A program made the position numbers and the translations under genes. The notes beneath the pieces were generated by a model. That model saw only the letters and a list, made by a program, of their open reading frames with translations, was not told where the DNA came from and did not search any database. A DNA stretch of 63,249 bases, the filler included, from Craspedostauros australis (Eukaryota): NCBI GenBank assembly GCA_030167865.1. It is 10 parts of 10 records of this genome, joined end to end, with 100 filler letters (N's around TTAATTAATTAA, not from the genome) between each part and the next. Parts side by side here need not be neighbours in the genome. Positions count along the whole stretch, not along the records: positions 62,185 to 63,249 come from JALAGF010004425.1; 9 more parts are not named here. One strand, given 5' to 3'. Positions 62,185 through 63,249 of this stretch are shown piece after piece. Each line of letters starts with the position of its first letter. The first letter of the stretch is position 1.

Positions 62185-63148
62185 GACAACGCTGGAGAAA
62201 CTCAATGTTGTAGTTGACAACCACGCCAAGCAGTTCGGGAGCCTGACAGAGAACCGACGTCGGGTGAAAAGGTGGCACACGTCTACAAACAGATGGAAGT
62301 TACGTCTCCGCAACGCCGACTACTCGCATGTGGACGCGAAGGAGCTCCACGAGCTGCTGCAGTCTGCCGACGCAGCTACCTATTGGGCATCAAAGTTCCA
62401 GTGGGACGAAGATCAACTGACACAGGTGGACTGGTACACATACAAGAAGACGCGCGCGGCCAAGAAGAACAAAGAGGTGGCAAAGTTTGTCTCGAAGTGG
62501 TCATCAGGCTTCGTCGGAGTCAACAAGAAGCTGCACCAGGTTAGTCAGCGAGAGACGCCAAAGTGTCAGTTCTGCCAGCAGGACGAGACGACAATGCATG
62601 TGCTCCGCTGTAGTGAACACCAGGAAGCCTGGCAGACCTCTACGTCAGAACTTCTCGACCGCATGGTGCGGATAGGCACATGTCCGCGACTGGTGCGAAA
62701 NATGAGAGTGGGGCTGGTGAAATGGAGGCGAAAGCTCCGAGTGNACNGGCCGCAAAGTTACATNGGTTGGTACCCCCTCCTGCTTGGTTTCATCCATAGG
62801 GATTNGGTCCGCCAGCAGACACAGTGGATGATGACGAACGAGTGCATATATCCAGACGCGAGAGCGTGGGCGCGAGAGATGGTGCGGTGGATCTGGAAAG
62901 TGCCGTGGACGGTTTGGATTGCCAGGAACGAAAAAGTACATGACGCGGATCAGCATCCGACGATGAAGGACCTGCGCCAACAGGTGCAACGGATGCAACA
63001 GAGCGCGAGCAGCGACATGACGGCATTGGAGCTTCACCTGCTCAGGGATGGCCGGAATATTGAGTATGATACCGAGCTGCAAATGCAGCAGTGGGTGCAC
63101 TCTATGACAGCGGTACAAGTGGCAGTGAAGGCCAGACGAAGGGCTTGA
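62185..63148 (+). mobile_element. C-terminal part of a non-LTR retrotransposon ORF (end of RNase H, CCHC zinc knuckle), Ambal-like
   Basis: LNVVVDNHAK; CQFCQQDETTMHVLRC; GWYPLLLG; WTVWIARNEKVH. Confidence 0.8.
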
Positions 63149-63249
63149 TCTATGCAGGCAGAACAGCAGGCCATGGCAGCATGGCTGGGAATAGGATGAG
63201 TGGCAACTTGACGGCTCGCTCAAAGCCTGGTCCTACGGGGCCGGCGGCG

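Noticed and set aside
10891..63148. Treating the two non-LTR fragments as one element
   Set aside because: They lie on separate contigs with no overlap; the same clade is plausible but unproven.

Overview
Eukaryotic, almost certainly diatom, nuclear DNA, based on a silicon transporter, a diatom-type Ty1/copia element and a silaffin-like protein. The window is not contiguous: nine artificial 100-bp spacers (44 N + TTAATTAATTAA + 44 N) join ten unrelated contigs, so neighbourhood across a spacer carries no meaning. Host genes: a 3-exon hemerythrin-like gene, an N-acylated ankyrin protein, a partial SIT, an LRR membrane protein, a broken seipin, a secreted Lys-cluster/Cys-repeat protein and a partial EamA transporter. 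Most of the rest is transposon-derived: a young full-length Copia (170-bp LTRs, 5-bp TSD, chromodomain-like insert, apparent half-tRNA-Lys primer site), related Copia remnants in the same host repeat, a Gypsy remnant, non-LTR fragments, a Crypton-like tyrosine recombinase with an upstream 26-bp-arm palindrome, a foldback element holding a ~195-bp satellite, and nested solo LTRs with non-canonical ends. All calls come from reading the sequence by eye; no searches were run.
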